From assembly GCF_000020385.1 (NCBI RefSeq), contig NC_010814.1, positions 900,001-932,000 of the forward strand: a stretch of 32,000 nt of DNA, read 5' to 3'. A model generated the notes under the pieces. It was not told where the DNA came from. It searched no databases and saw only the letters and a program-made list of their open reading frames with translations. Numbering within the stretch: the first letter of the stretch is position 1; the number at the start of each line of letters is the position of its first letter. The DNA comes from Trichlorobacter lovleyi SZ. GTDB lineage: Bacteria > Desulfobacterota > Desulfuromonadia > Geobacterales > Pseudopelobacteraceae. Positions 1-8,901 of the stretch are shown here, piece after piece. Both the position numbers and the translations under genes were made by a program.

Positions 1-70
1 TGATGGCATCACGGATCGTCTCCAGTATTTTTTCCCGTAACGTCAGGTGTTTTTCTTTTAATCTTTTCAT
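1..70 (-). CDS. 5-prime end of a gene running off the left edge; product not assignable
   Basis: ATG at 70-68 (minus strand) opens MKRLKEKHLTLREKILETIRDAI with no stop before the window edge. Only 23 codons are visible. Confidence 0.3.
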   Translation of the reverse strand, partial: MKRLKEKHLTLREKILETIRDAI

Positions 71-265
71 GATGTCCGAGCCTGCTCCATAAGATGATGG
101 GATTATTGTATACAGTATGCACTATTTGTCAATTGAATCCATTTTACTTTAATGAGTTCCGGGGACGGGGCTGTTTGCTACAGTGGATAATTGCGCCAAA
201 GGCGCTTGAATTTTGACGGTTCAGGTAGTAGGGTGCAGCATCTGAATCAGCTACGGGGTTTACGC

Positions 266-1318
266 ATGGATCCGGTTCGACGTCTAAAAATCTCGGTTGT
301 CATACTCCTGCTGCTGCTGACCATGGGAACCGGCGGATACATGCTGATTGAGGGTTGGCGGCTCCTTGACGCGTTGTATATGACCGTGATTACGCTGGCC
401 ACCATCGGATTCAAAGAGGTCCATGACCTGACTGATCAGGGCAAGCTGTTTACCATGGTCCTGATTGTGTTCGGTGTCAGTACCCTCGGTTATCTGGTCA
501 GCAGTGTGGCCCAGTTGATGTTTGAAGGTCAGATTCAGCGGATCATCGGGAGGAAAAAGGTGGAAAAACGGATAGATGCCCTCAAGGATCATTACATCAT
601 CTGCGGTTTTGGCCGGATCGGCTCCATGATCTGCCGGGAGCTGGCTGCCAATCAAGTCCCGTTTGTGATTGTAGAACGCAATACCGATGTGGTGGAGCGG
701 ATTGAAGATAATCGTTACCTCTGGATGAAGGGGGACGCCACCCTGGATGAAACCCTGATCAGGGCCGGTATCCAGCGTGCAACCGGTCTGGTATCGGTGG
801 TTACCTCGGATTCGGAAAACGTCTATATTACCTTGACGGCCCGGGGGCTGAACCCGGATCTGCATATCCTGGCCAGATCCGGTGAAGAAGGAACTGAGTT
901 GAAGCTGAAGCGGGCGGGGGCCAACAAGGTGGTTTCCCCCTATGCCATTGGCGGCATGCGGATGGCCCAGTCAATCCTGCGTCCCAACGTGGTTGATTTT
1001 ATCGAGATTGCCACCGCCAGCGAACACCTTGATCTGCAGATGGAAGAAATCAGTATCCCCCATGATTCCGAGTTTGCCGGCCACACCCTGGTCAGTACCG
1101 GTTTCCGTAAAGAGACCGGCGTCATCATTGTCGGCATCAAAAAATCCCATGGCCACATGGTCTTTAATCCCAACCCGCAGGCTGCCATTGATGAGGGGGA
1201 CACCCTGATCGTACTGGGTGATCCTGCGTCGGTGGACAAACTTGAGGAACTGGTAAAACACCGGATAGAGCCGGGGCACAGCGCCCGCCGCAAGCAGAGG
1301 GAGGCTGTCCATGCCTAG
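266..1318 (+). CDS. Two-TM potassium-channel-type pore fused to RCK (TrkA-N/TrkA-C) domains
   Basis: ORF 191..1318. The ATG at 266 (MDPVRRLK) is the more likely start than the TTG at 191. Two hydrophobic helices flank a pore-like TLATIGFKE segment. A Rossmann GFGRIG motif and a C-terminal TrkA-C-like region (VIIVGIKK...GDTLIVLG) follow. Confidence 0.8.
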   Translation: MDPVRRLKISVVILLLLLTMGTGGYMLIEGWRLLDALYMTVITLATIGFKEVHDLTDQGKLFTMVLIVFGVSTLGYLVSSVAQLMFEGQIQRIIGRKKVEKRIDALKDHYIICGFGRIGSMICRELAANQVPFVIVERNTDVVERIEDNRYLWMKGDATLDETLIRAGIQRATGLVSVVTSDSENVYITLTARGLNPDLHILARSGEEGTELKLKRAGANKVVSPYAIGGMRMAQSILRPNVVDFIEIATASEHLDLQMEEISIPHDSEFAGHTLVSTGFRKETGVIIVGIKKSHGHMVFNPNPQAAIDEGDTLIVLGDPASVDKLEELVKHRIEPGHSARRKQREAVHA

Positions 1319-2078
1319 TCTGCTCTGTGCCCATGTGCCCTGGCCCCGCCTGGCAGAACACCGCTCATACCTGCTGGATCAGCGGATCAACCCTGAGCTG
1401 TACTTGCCCGCGGATGCCCTGGATACGCTGGATACGCGGCAGATGCAGGCCTTGTCGGATGACCTGATCAGCCATGGCCTTGCCTGTACCATCCATGCCA
1501 CCTTTATGGATCTGAATCCCGGCTCGGTTGACCGGGCGGTACGTGAAACCACCCGCCAACGGGTTGAGCAGACTCTGGATTGCGCTGAGCTGCTCAAGGC
1601 ACGGGTAGTGGTGTTTCATCCCGGCTACAGCCGGCTCTCCTACGGTTCTGCTGTTGACAGCTGGGTCGCCAATACGGTCTCCTTCTGGCAGCAGCAGGTG
1701 CCACGCATCAGGGAAACCGGCTGCCGGGTTGCTCTTGAGAATATCTTTGAAGAAGAACCTTCAACCCTGGTGCAGGTCTTGAATCAGCTTGATCCTGCTT
1801 TTTTCGGCCACTGTTTTGACAGCGGACATTTCAATATGTTCTGCACCGTGTCGCTGGAAGAGTGGTTTGCTGCCCTGGGCAGCTTCATTATTGAAAGCCA
1901 TCTGCATGACAATCACGGCGTGGCTGATGAACACCTGCCGGTTGGTGAAGGGGAGATTGATTTTCAAAAGATAACTGACTTGTTAAAGCAGTATGCCCCC
2001 CAGGCGGTCTGGACCCTGGAGGCCCATAGTCGCGAACGTTTAAAACGATCAATGCAGGCAATCCAACGCTACTTATAG
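1311..2078 (+). CDS. Xylose-isomerase-like TIM-barrel protein (sugar phosphate isomerase/epimerase family)
   Basis: 255-aa ORF overlapping the channel gene stop by 8 nt. Motifs VVFHPG, ALENIFEE, HCFDSGH and HLHDN are typical of the AP-endonuclease-2/xylose-isomerase-like fold. Confidence 0.7.
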   Translation: MPSLLCAHVPWPRLAEHRSYLLDQRINPELYLPADALDTLDTRQMQALSDDLISHGLACTIHATFMDLNPGSVDRAVRETTRQRVEQTLDCAELLKARVVVFHPGYSRLSYGSAVDSWVANTVSFWQQQVPRIRETGCRVALENIFEEEPSTLVQVLNQLDPAFFGHCFDSGHFNMFCTVSLEEWFAALGSFIIESHLHDNHGVADEHLPVGEGEIDFQKITDLLKQYAPQAVWTLEAHSRERLKRSMQAIQRYL

Positions 2079-2086
2079 GACTTAAT

Positions 2087-3079
2087 ATGTCAGACAAAAT
2101 TCTGGTAACCGGCGGGTGTGGCTATATTGGCAGTCATGTGGTACGGCAGCTTTCCGAGGCAGGCCATTCGGTGGTGGTCTACGACAACCTTTCCACCGGC
2201 TTTCAAGATGCCCTGCTGCACGGCGAAGAACTGATCCAGGCGGAGCTGGCTGATCATGCTGCTCTGGAAGCGGCCTTTCAAAAGCACCGCTTCAAGACGG
2301 TGCTGCATTTTGCCGCCGCCATTGTGGCGCCTGAGTCGGTCTCGCTGCCGCTTAAGTATTACGGTAACAACACCCGCAATACCCTCGGCCTGCTGGAGGC
2401 CAGCGTGCGAAACGGCGTTGAGCGCTTTGTCTTCTCCAGTACCGCTGCGGTCTATGGTTTTCCTGAAGGGGGCAGCGCCTCGGAGGAAACTCTGCTGGCG
2501 CCGATCAACCCCTATGGTACCTCCAAACTGATGAGTGAATGGATGCTGCGTGACACGGCCGCTGCCCACGGCCTCAAGTATGTTGCCCTGCGCTACTTCA
2601 ATGTGGCCGGAGCTGACCCACAGGCACGGATCGGCCAGCGCACCCCGGAGGCGACCCACCTGATCAAGATCGCCTGCCAGACCGCACTGGGCCAGCGTCA
2701 GCAGGCAGCCATCTACGGCACAGACTATCCCACACCGGACGGCACCGGCATCCGTGACTATATCCATATTGAAGACCTGGCAGCAGCCCACCTGGCTGCC
2801 CTTGACTATCTGGACAAGGGGGGTGAGTCCACAGCCATCAATGTGGGCTATGGCCAGGGCAGCAGCGTGCGTGAGGTACTGGCCATGGTCAAACAGGTCA
2901 GCGGCGTTGACTTCAGGGTGGTTGAAGAGGGGCGCCGCCCCGGCGATCCAGCCTGTCTGGTCGCCCGGGCAGAGAAGATCAAGCTGCTGACCGATTGGCA
3001 GCCACGCTTTAACAGTTTGGAAACCATTGTAGAGGATGCCTGGCGCTGGGAATCGTCCTTGGCCGCATGCACGCGCTAA
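2087..3079 (+). CDS. galE: UDP-glucose 4-epimerase
   Basis: 330-aa ORF with N-terminal ILVTGGCGYIGSH Rossmann motif, the SSTAAVYG region and the YGTSK catalytic motif. Confidence 0.9.
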   Translation: MSDKILVTGGCGYIGSHVVRQLSEAGHSVVVYDNLSTGFQDALLHGEELIQAELADHAALEAAFQKHRFKTVLHFAAAIVAPESVSLPLKYYGNNTRNTLGLLEASVRNGVERFVFSSTAAVYGFPEGGSASEETLLAPINPYGTSKLMSEWMLRDTAAAHGLKYVALRYFNVAGADPQARIGQRTPEATHLIKIACQTALGQRQQAAIYGTDYPTPDGTGIRDYIHIEDLAAAHLAALDYLDKGGESTAINVGYGQGSSVREVLAMVKQVSGVDFRVVEEGRRPGDPACLVARAEKIKLLTDWQPRFNSLETIVEDAWRWESSLAACTR

Positions 3080-3083
3080 GTTC

Positions 3084-3152
3084 GTTGGCTTCGTCGCCGT
3101 CTCCTCAACGTACTGTTGAGTACGTTTGCGTCGCCTTCTCCTTGCCGCCTGC
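3084..3152 (+). repeat. About 70-nt intergenic repeat, copy A (second copy at 27031..27099)
   Basis: GTTGGCTTCGTCGCC..CTCAACGTACTGTTGAGTACG..GCGTCGCCTTCTCCTTGCCGCCTGC aligns by eye with 27031..27099. Shared blocks are GTTGGCT, ACGTACTG, GTACG, CGTCGCCT and CCT.GCC.CCT.GC. It contains the hairpin CTCAAC-GTACT-GTTGAG and lies 5 nt after the galE stop. Confidence 0.6.
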
Positions 3153-3198
3153 TTATCATCGTGCATGTGGCAAGGACGAGTAGCCGGAAAGTGATCCC

Positions 3199-5841
3199 AT
3201 GGATCTGGTTATCTCACACCTGAATGCTGATTTTGACTGTCTGGGCTCCCTGGCCGCTGCTGCGCGGCTGTATCCGGGAGCCCTGCTCTCGTTTCCCGGC
3301 TCCCAGGAAAAGAATCTGCGTGAGTTCTGCGCCCGTCACCCAGATCTGCTTCCCCCGCTTGTCCGCTCAAAGGATATCGATCTCTCCCGTGTCACCCGCC
3401 TGATTGTTGTTGATTGCCAGCAGGGCTCCCGGATCGGCCGCTTTGCCGAGCTGTTGGAACGGCCCGGTCTGACGGTCCACCTCTATGATCATCATCCGGC
3501 CACTGCTGACAGTATCAGCGCATCGGGCGGGGTTGTCCGGTCGGTCGGCGCCACTGCCACCATCATGACTGAGCTGCTGCGGGAACGGGGTATGGAGCCA
3601 ACCCCTGCAGAGGCAACCCTGCTGTTGCTGGGCATCCATGAAGACACCGGACGGCTGCTGTTTCCCACCACGACGCCGGAAGACTATCGTGCTGCCGCCT
3701 GGCTGCTGGAGCGGGGCGCACGCCTGCATCTTGCCGACGAGATCTTGTCGCCCGAGCTGACCACCCCGCAGGTGGAGCTGCTGCATGATCTGCTCTCAAC
3801 ACTGAAGACCAGTGAGGTCAGCGGGGTACGGCTCTCCGTGGCCCATGCCAGCCGCCCCTGGTATGTCGGGGATATTGCCGGGCTGGCCCACATGATGCGG
3901 GATATGGAAAACCTGGACCTGCTGGTGCTGGTGGTGGCCATGGCGGACCGGGTCTACCTGGTGGCCCGCAGCCGCGTGCCTGAGGTGGATGTGGGGGAGT
4001 TGCTACGTCTCTTTGGCGGCGGCGGGCATGCCTCGGCTGCCTCGGCAACGGTCAAGGGTGAAGCGCTGTCCGTTGTGCTGGAACGGCTGGAACGGAACCT
4101 GCTGCTAATTGTGCATCCCCGCAAGACCGTGGGACAGATTATGTCATCACCGGTCCGCAGCCTGTCCAGTGCCACCACGGTACGGGGAGCCCGGGACCTG
4201 CTGGTGCGCTACAACTACAGCGCCATGCCGGTGCTGCAGGGGGAGCAGCTGCTGGGGATCATCACCCGCAAAGTGGCGGAAAAGACCGTCTATCATGGTC
4301 TTGGCGACCGGCCGGTAACCGAGGTGATGCACACCGCGGTGATGCGTGCCACCCCGGAGACTCCGCTTGCCACGGTGATGGACCATATGGTGGGTGGCGA
4401 CCGCCGTTTCGTGCCGGTCTTCGACGGTGAAAAACTGGTGGGGGTGGTGACCCGCACCGACCTGCTGCGTCATCTGCACGGCGCGAGCCAGGATGGTGAG
4501 AGCCTGTACGACCTGGAACGGCTTTCTCCGGAACCAAAGGAACGGGAACTGGCCACACTGCTCAGAAGGCGCTTGCCCGCAGATTCAGTGCAACTGCTGG
4601 AGCTGCTGGGCAAGAGCGGTGATGCGCTGGGGGTGGCGGTGCATGCGGTGGGTGGTTTTGTGCGGGATCTGCTGTTGGATGTTCCCAATCTTGATCTTGA
4701 CATTACGGTGGAGGGGGACGGTATCTTTTTTGCCGAGACCTTTGGCGAGCAGCATGGCTGCCGGGTCCGGCCCCACCAGGCCTTTGGCACTGCAGTGGTG
4801 GTCTTTCCCGATGGCCGCAAGCTGGATGTGGCCAGCACCCGGCTGGAATATTACGATTCACCCGGTGTCTTGCCTACGGTGGAACGGGCCTCGCTGCGCC
4901 ATGACCTCTATCGCCGCGACTTTACCATCAATACCCTGGCGCTCTGCCTGAATACCAATCGTTTCGGCCTCCTGCTGGATTTTTTTGGCGTCCAGAAGGA
5001 TCTGCAGGAGAAGGCGGTACGGGTGCTGCACAACCTTTCCTTTGTGGAGGATCCGACCCGGGCCTTCCGGGCGATCCGCTTTGAACAGCGGCTGGGCTTT
5101 CAGCTTGATCCCCACACCGAAGGTCTGCTGCGTTCTGCCGTGCGGGCCGGGCTGGTGGAGCGGGTCGGGGGCAAACGTCTGCTGGGGGAACTGATTCAGA
5201 TCCTGAAAGAACAGGAGCCGGTGCCGGCGGTCAAGCGGATGGCCCAGCTGGGGTTGTTGCCCTGCATCCACAGCGAGCTGCGTTTCGGCCCTGACAGTGA
5301 ACAGCTGTTTGCCGAGCTTGAGCGGGTGCTGGCCTGGTACCAGCTGCTCTATCTGGATACGCCGCTTGAGCCGTGGACGGTCTGGTTTCTGGCCCTGATG
5401 GACCGCCTTGATTCTCCCCGCTATCTGGAGGCCTGTCGGCGCCTGATGATGCCGGAACGCCTGATGGAACGAGTTTTCGGGCATCGTCACCAGGCCCTGA
5501 AACGTCTGCAGCATCTGCGGCAGATGCTGGGGCATGGGCAGGAAATCTCCAACAGCCAGCTCCATGCCGGTCTGCACGGCATGCCGGTGGAGCTGCTGCT
5601 GTACGGCCTGGCCCGTAGTGGCAAGGAGGATCTGCGGCGGTTGGTCTCGCACTACCTGACCAGACTTGCCGACGCAAAGGCTCTGGTCAGCGGTACCGAG
5701 CTGCAGGCCTTGGGAGCGGCCCGCGGACCTGCCATCCGCAGCCTCAAGGAGCAACTGCTGGCGGCACGGCTGGATGGCTTGATCGCTTCAAAGGATGAAG
5801 AGCTGGCATTGGCCAGGCAGCTGATAGCAGACCAGTCCTGA
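3199..5841 (+). CDS. Multidomain DHH/DHHA1 phosphoesterase - tandem CBS - polyA polymerase/CCA-adding nucleotidyltransferase fusion
   Basis: 880-aa ORF. DHH motifs: HLNADFDCLGS, VVDC, LYDHHP, GIHEDTG. DHHA1 motif GGGGHASAAS. Two CBS-like repeats (IMSSPV..., VMHTAV...). Nucleotidyltransferase head GGFVRDLLLDVPNLDLDITVEGD. Confidence 0.8.
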   Translation: MDLVISHLNADFDCLGSLAAAARLYPGALLSFPGSQEKNLREFCARHPDLLPPLVRSKDIDLSRVTRLIVVDCQQGSRIGRFAELLERPGLTVHLYDHHPATADSISASGGVVRSVGATATIMTELLRERGMEPTPAEATLLLLGIHEDTGRLLFPTTTPEDYRAAAWLLERGARLHLADEILSPELTTPQVELLHDLLSTLKTSEVSGVRLSVAHASRPWYVGDIAGLAHMMRDMENLDLLVLVVAMADRVYLVARSRVPEVDVGELLRLFGGGGHASAASATVKGEALSVVLERLERNLLLIVHPRKTVGQIMSSPVRSLSSATTVRGARDLLVRYNYSAMPVLQGEQLLGIITRKVAEKTVYHGLGDRPVTEVMHTAVMRATPETPLATVMDHMVGGDRRFVPVFDGEKLVGVVTRTDLLRHLHGASQDGESLYDLERLSPEPKERELATLLRRRLPADSVQLLELLGKSGDALGVAVHAVGGFVRDLLLDVPNLDLDITVEGDGIFFAETFGEQHGCRVRPHQAFGTAVVVFPDGRKLDVASTRLEYYDSPGVLPTVERASLRHDLYRRDFTINTLALCLNTNRFGLLLDFFGVQKDLQEKAVRVLHNLSFVEDPTRAFRAIRFEQRLGFQLDPHTEGLLRSAVRAGLVERVGGKRLLGELIQILKEQEPVPAVKRMAQLGLLPCIHSELRFGPDSEQLFAELERVLAWYQLLYLDTPLEPWTVWFLALMDRLDSPRYLEACRRLMMPERLMERVFGHRHQALKRLQHLRQMLGHGQEISNSQLHAGLHGMPVELLLYGLARSGKEDLRRLVSHYLTRLADAKALVSGTELQALGAARGPAIRSLKEQLLAARLDGLIASKDEELALARQLIADQS

Positions 5842-5895
5842 AGAAGGTCTGCCCGAGAGATTATTTGCCGGTGTGAAGTCTTGCGCAGCAGGCCT

Positions 5896-7083
5896 TCAGG
5901 CCTGTGCCACCGTCAGTTTCCGTACCGGTTTGTTCAGGATGAAACCGGCCACGGAACAGAGTCCGATCAGGCCGATGGCGATAAATACCCCTTGCAGTCC
6001 TGCCGAACTCTGCAGCAGTGACCCCAGCAGCGGTCCCGCCACAAATCCCAGGTTTAAGAAGGCATGGAAGGTGCCGATCGAGGTTCCCATTCCCAGCCGC
6101 TGTCCCTCCTCAGCCAGCAAGGCGCTGGTGGCCGGCTGCGAGAGGGCGCTGAATGCGCCGATCCCCAGCGTCACACCGAGCATCTGCATGAAGTCGGCTG
6201 CAACGGGCAGCAGCATGTAAAGTAATGGCACCACCGTGCCGCCGCAGATCACCAGCATCCTGCGGGGCACCCGGTCGGCAATCCGGCCTGCCGGGCGCAG
6301 CAGCAACGTCATGATCAGGGTGGCCGAGGCCATGATGATTCCCACCTGTACCCCGCTCATCCCCAGTTTTGATGAAAGCAGGATCGGCAGAAACGTTCCG
6401 CAGGCCGTGATGCCGCAGGCCCTGCCGAAGATGAACAGCAGCAGCCCCTGCAGCGTGCCGCCCTGACGGCAGATGTTCCTGATGCCAGGTTGAGCGGAGA
6501 CTTCCTGCGCTATGCGGGGCGGTTGCAGCTGTCGCGGGATCGCAGCAAGGGCCAGCCCCAATGCGGCCATGCTGCAGATAATCAGGACGCCGAACAGGCC
6601 GTGAAAGCCTGCCTGGTCCATGATGATCCCGCCGATCAGCGGGCCGCTGCTGAGCGCGGCGTAGAAGGAGATATCAAAGCTGCCCATCGCCTTGCCCCAC
6701 TGCCTGCTGCTGGCATGATCGGCAATCAGTGTCTGCACCACCGGCCGGAACATGGCGCAACCGGCCCCTTGCAGCAGGCGCAGAGAGACCACCACCACCA
6801 GGTTTTCGGTTACCAGGTAACTGCAGGAGACCAGCAGGTAGACCAGCAGGCTGGTGATAACCAGCTGCCGCCGCCCAAAGCGGTCTGCCAGCGATCCCAT
6901 GATCGGGCTGAAGATGATCTTTGACAGCGCATAGCCGCCAACCGCCACCCCCAGCAGCAGCCCTCGGGCTCCGATGCTCTGGCAGTAGAGCGGAAAAAAG
7001 GCGTCGCTGACACCGAACCCCAGCGAGATCAGGAAATTGATCAGAAACAACACCCTGAACAGATTCCGGTGCTGCCCGTTCAT
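5896..7083 (-). CDS. MFS transporter
   Basis: ORF 5896..7110, 12-TM-like hydrophobic pattern, MFS loop motif GSLADRFGRR. The start is either ATG 7083, which forms an ATGA overlap with the upstream ORF stop, or ATG 7110. Confidence 0.8.
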   Translation of the reverse strand: MNGQHRNLFRVLFLINFLISLGFGVSDAFFPLYCQSIGARGLLLGVAVGGYALSKIIFSPIMGSLADRFGRRQLVITSLLVYLLVSCSYLVTENLVVVVSLRLLQGAGCAMFRPVVQTLIADHASSRQWGKAMGSFDISFYAALSSGPLIGGIIMDQAGFHGLFGVLIICSMAALGLALAAIPRQLQPPRIAQEVSAQPGIRNICRQGGTLQGLLLFIFGRACGITACGTFLPILLSSKLGMSGVQVGIIMASATLIMTLLLRPAGRIADRVPRRMLVICGGTVVPLLYMLLPVAADFMQMLGVTLGIGAFSALSQPATSALLAEEGQRLGMGTSIGTFHAFLNLGFVAGPLLGSLLQSSAGLQGVFIAIGLIGLCSVAGFILNKPVRKLTVAQA

Positions 7084-7523
7084 CTGTACAGCTCCTGGTA
7101 CTGCTGGCATTGATACGGCTGAACGCCGGAGATCAGGTACTGCTCAAGCATCTGGTCGTGCTTGTCGATATGCAGGCTGAGCAGCTTCCTGAGGGTCTGC
7201 AGGTCGTCGTCGATACAGAGCGCACGGGCTGCCTTGCAGCGGATACCGGCAATGGTGGTACAGATCCGGAAGTGATCAAGCTTGTGATCTTCATAGGCCA
7301 GATAGTCGATCGTAAACATATGGACGTTTTCAGACGCGGTCTGGCCCAGGACATTACCAAGCAGATCTTCGATCTGTTGTTCCAGTTCTGCAGACGGTAC
7401 CTGATCGGCAGTCGCGATAATCGCGTCAAGCACTGAAATTAACCTGGCCTGCCGGCTGTCATACGGCATGAGATGCTGTGTTGCAACATAACCGAAGGTA
7501 TTGAGTGGGCTGTAAGAAGACAT
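7080..7523 (-). CDS. Hypothetical 147-aa protein (weak hemerythrin-like His pattern)
   Basis: The ORF lies between ribBA (18-nt gap, GAGGAG SD) and the MFS gene (ATGA overlap). HKLDHF and LHIDKHDQMLEQYL loosely resemble the HxxxH and C-terminal HIxxxD..YL hemerythrin motifs. This was not verified. Confidence 0.55.
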   Translation of the reverse strand: MSSYSPLNTFGYVATQHLMPYDSRQARLISVLDAIIATADQVPSAELEQQIEDLLGNVLGQTASENVHMFTIDYLAYEDHKLDHFRICTTIAGIRCKAARALCIDDDLQTLRKLLSLHIDKHDQMLEQYLISGVQPYQCQQYQELYR

Positions 7524-7541
7524 GATCTGTTCTCCTCTTGC

Positions 7542-8741
7542 TCAGGCAGCCAGCAGGTGCCCGAGCTTGTCGCGCTTGGTCTGCAGGTAGCGCATGTTGG
7601 TGCTTAACGCCTTCATCTCGATCGGTACCCGCTCAACAATATTCAGGCCATACCCCTCCAGTCCGATCATCTTCTTGGGGTTGTTGGTCATCAGGCGGAT
7701 CTTTCTGGCTCCCAGCGCCCTGAGCATCTGGGCGCCAATGCCGTAATCCCGCAGATCGGCCTTGAATCCCAGCGCCTCGTTGGCCTCAACGGTATCGCAG
7801 CCCTGATCCTGCAGTTCATAGGCCTTGAGCTTGTTGATCAGGCCGATCCCCCTGCCTTCCTGCCGCATGTACAACAGGATGCCTGCGCCTTCCTGTTCAA
7901 TGCGGTCCATGGCCCGGCTGAGCTGTCCGCCGCAGTCACAGCGGATGCTGCCGAATACGTCACTGGTCAGACACTCCGAATGCACCCTGACCAGCACCGG
8001 CTCGTCCGGCCTGATCTCTCCCTTGACCAGGGCGATATGCTCCAGGCCGTCAATATCATTCTCAAAGGCAACCACGCGGAATTTGCCGGCCCAGGTGGGC
8101 AGCTTTGCCTCCGCCACCGGTCGCACCAGTGATTCATGCTTCAGCCGGTAGGCCACCAGATCGGCCACCGAGCAGATCCGGATGCCGTGCCGCAGGGCAA
8201 ACTCCCTCAACTGCGGCATGCGGGCCATGCTGCCGTCCTCGTTCATGATCTCGCAGATTACCCCGGCCGGTTTCAGCCCGGCCAGACGGGCCAGATCCAC
8301 CGAACCTTCAGTCTGGCCGGTGCGTACCAGCACCCCGCCGGCCCGTGCACGCAGCGGAAAGATATGGCCGGGGCGGGAGAGATCCTCCGGCCCGGTATTG
8401 TCGGCAATCGCGGTCAGGATGGTCTGGGCCCGGTCTGCTGCCGAGATGCCGGTGGTCACTCCATGGCGGGCCTCAATGGAAACCGTAAAGGCGGTCTGGA
8501 ATGGTGAGTTGTTCTCTGAAACCATGGGCGGCAGCTCAAGCTGGTCACAGCGCTCTTCGGTCAGGGTCAGGCAGATCAGGCCGCGGCCATACTTGGCCAT
8601 GAAATTGATCGCCTCCGGGGTGACATGCTCGGCTGCCATGGTCAGATCGCCTTCGTTTTCCCGATCTTCATCGTCAACCAGAATAACCATCCTGCCGTTG
8701 CGGATATCCCTGATCGCCTGTTCTATGGAGGATCGTGCCAT
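7542..8741 (-). CDS. ribBA: Bifunctional 3,4-dihydroxy-2-butanone-4-phosphate synthase / GTP cyclohydrolase II
   Basis: ORF 7542..8912. The real start is most likely ATG 8741 ([10 protein letters not shown]..., AAGGAG SD upstream). DHBP synthase motifs [12 protein letters not shown] and [13 protein letters not shown] Zn motif [16 protein letters not shown]. Confidence 0.9.
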   Translation of the reverse strand: MARSSIEQAIRDIRNGRMVILVDDEDRENEGDLTMAAEHVTPEAINFMAKYGRGLICLTLTEERCDQLELPPMVSENNSPFQTAFTVSIEARHGVTTGISAADRAQTILTAIADNTGPEDLSRPGHIFPLRARAGGVLVRTGQTEGSVDLARLAGLKPAGVICEIMNEDGSMARMPQLREFALRHGIRICSVADLVAYRLKHESLVRPVAEAKLPTWAGKFRVVAFENDIDGLEHIALVKGEIRPDEPVLVRVHSECLTSDVFGSIRCDCGGQLSRAMDRIEQEGAGILLYMRQEGRGIGLINKLKAYELQDQGCDTVEANEALGFKADLRDYGIGAQMLRALGARKIRLMTNNPKKMIGLEGYGLNIVERVPIEMKALSTNMRYLQTKRDKLGHLLAA

Positions 8742-8787
8742 CGCTCTGTACTCCTTTGCCTGTGACTGAAGAGAACTGGTGTCTGCT

Positions 8788-8816
8788 GAAAAATTGGGGG
8801 AGATCGCTCTCCCCCC
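8788..8816 (-). terminator. Intrinsic-terminator-like hairpin inside the ribBA 5-prime leader (attenuator candidate)
   Basis: Minus-strand RNA reads GGGGGAGA-GCGA-UCUCCCCC (8 bp, GNRA loop) followed by AAUUUUUC. It sits about 50 nt upstream of the ribBA ATG. Confidence 0.6.
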
Positions 8817-8885
8817 ATTGCACCACCTAAGGAGGATGCTCACCTGACGTAAGCGTCCGGTCTTAGTCTTGTTATGATACTGTGT

Positions 8886-8901
8886 TGCACTGTCTGTGCC
8901 A
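8886..8901 (-). promoter_or_regulatory. Sigma-54 (-24/-12) promoter-like site upstream of ribBA
   Basis: Minus strand reads TGGCACAGACAGTGCA, against the consensus TGGCAC-N5-TTGCA, with exact GG-N10-GC spacing. It lies about 145 nt upstream of the ATG. Confidence 0.45.

Noticed and set aside
3084-3152. Interpretation of the GTTGGCT-initiated repeat as an integron attC site
   Set aside because: GTTGGCT does not fit the GTTRRRY core, no inverse core (RYYYAAC) is present at the other end, and no integrase gene is nearby.
2090-3166. 358-aa minus-strand ORF covering the whole galE region
   Set aside because: It is antisense to an ORF with unmistakable GalE motifs, and its own product is low-complexity (R/G/A/Q-rich) with no recognisable motifs. 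This is a typical shadow ORF of GC-rich coding DNA. The same reasoning applies to 284..865(-), 4858..5754(-), 5231..5677(-), 6490..6924(+), 8182..8769(+), 9591..10310(+), 13413..14042(+), 17159..17755(-), 20546..21079(-), 22605..23063(+), 23926..24369(+) and 26564..27094(-).
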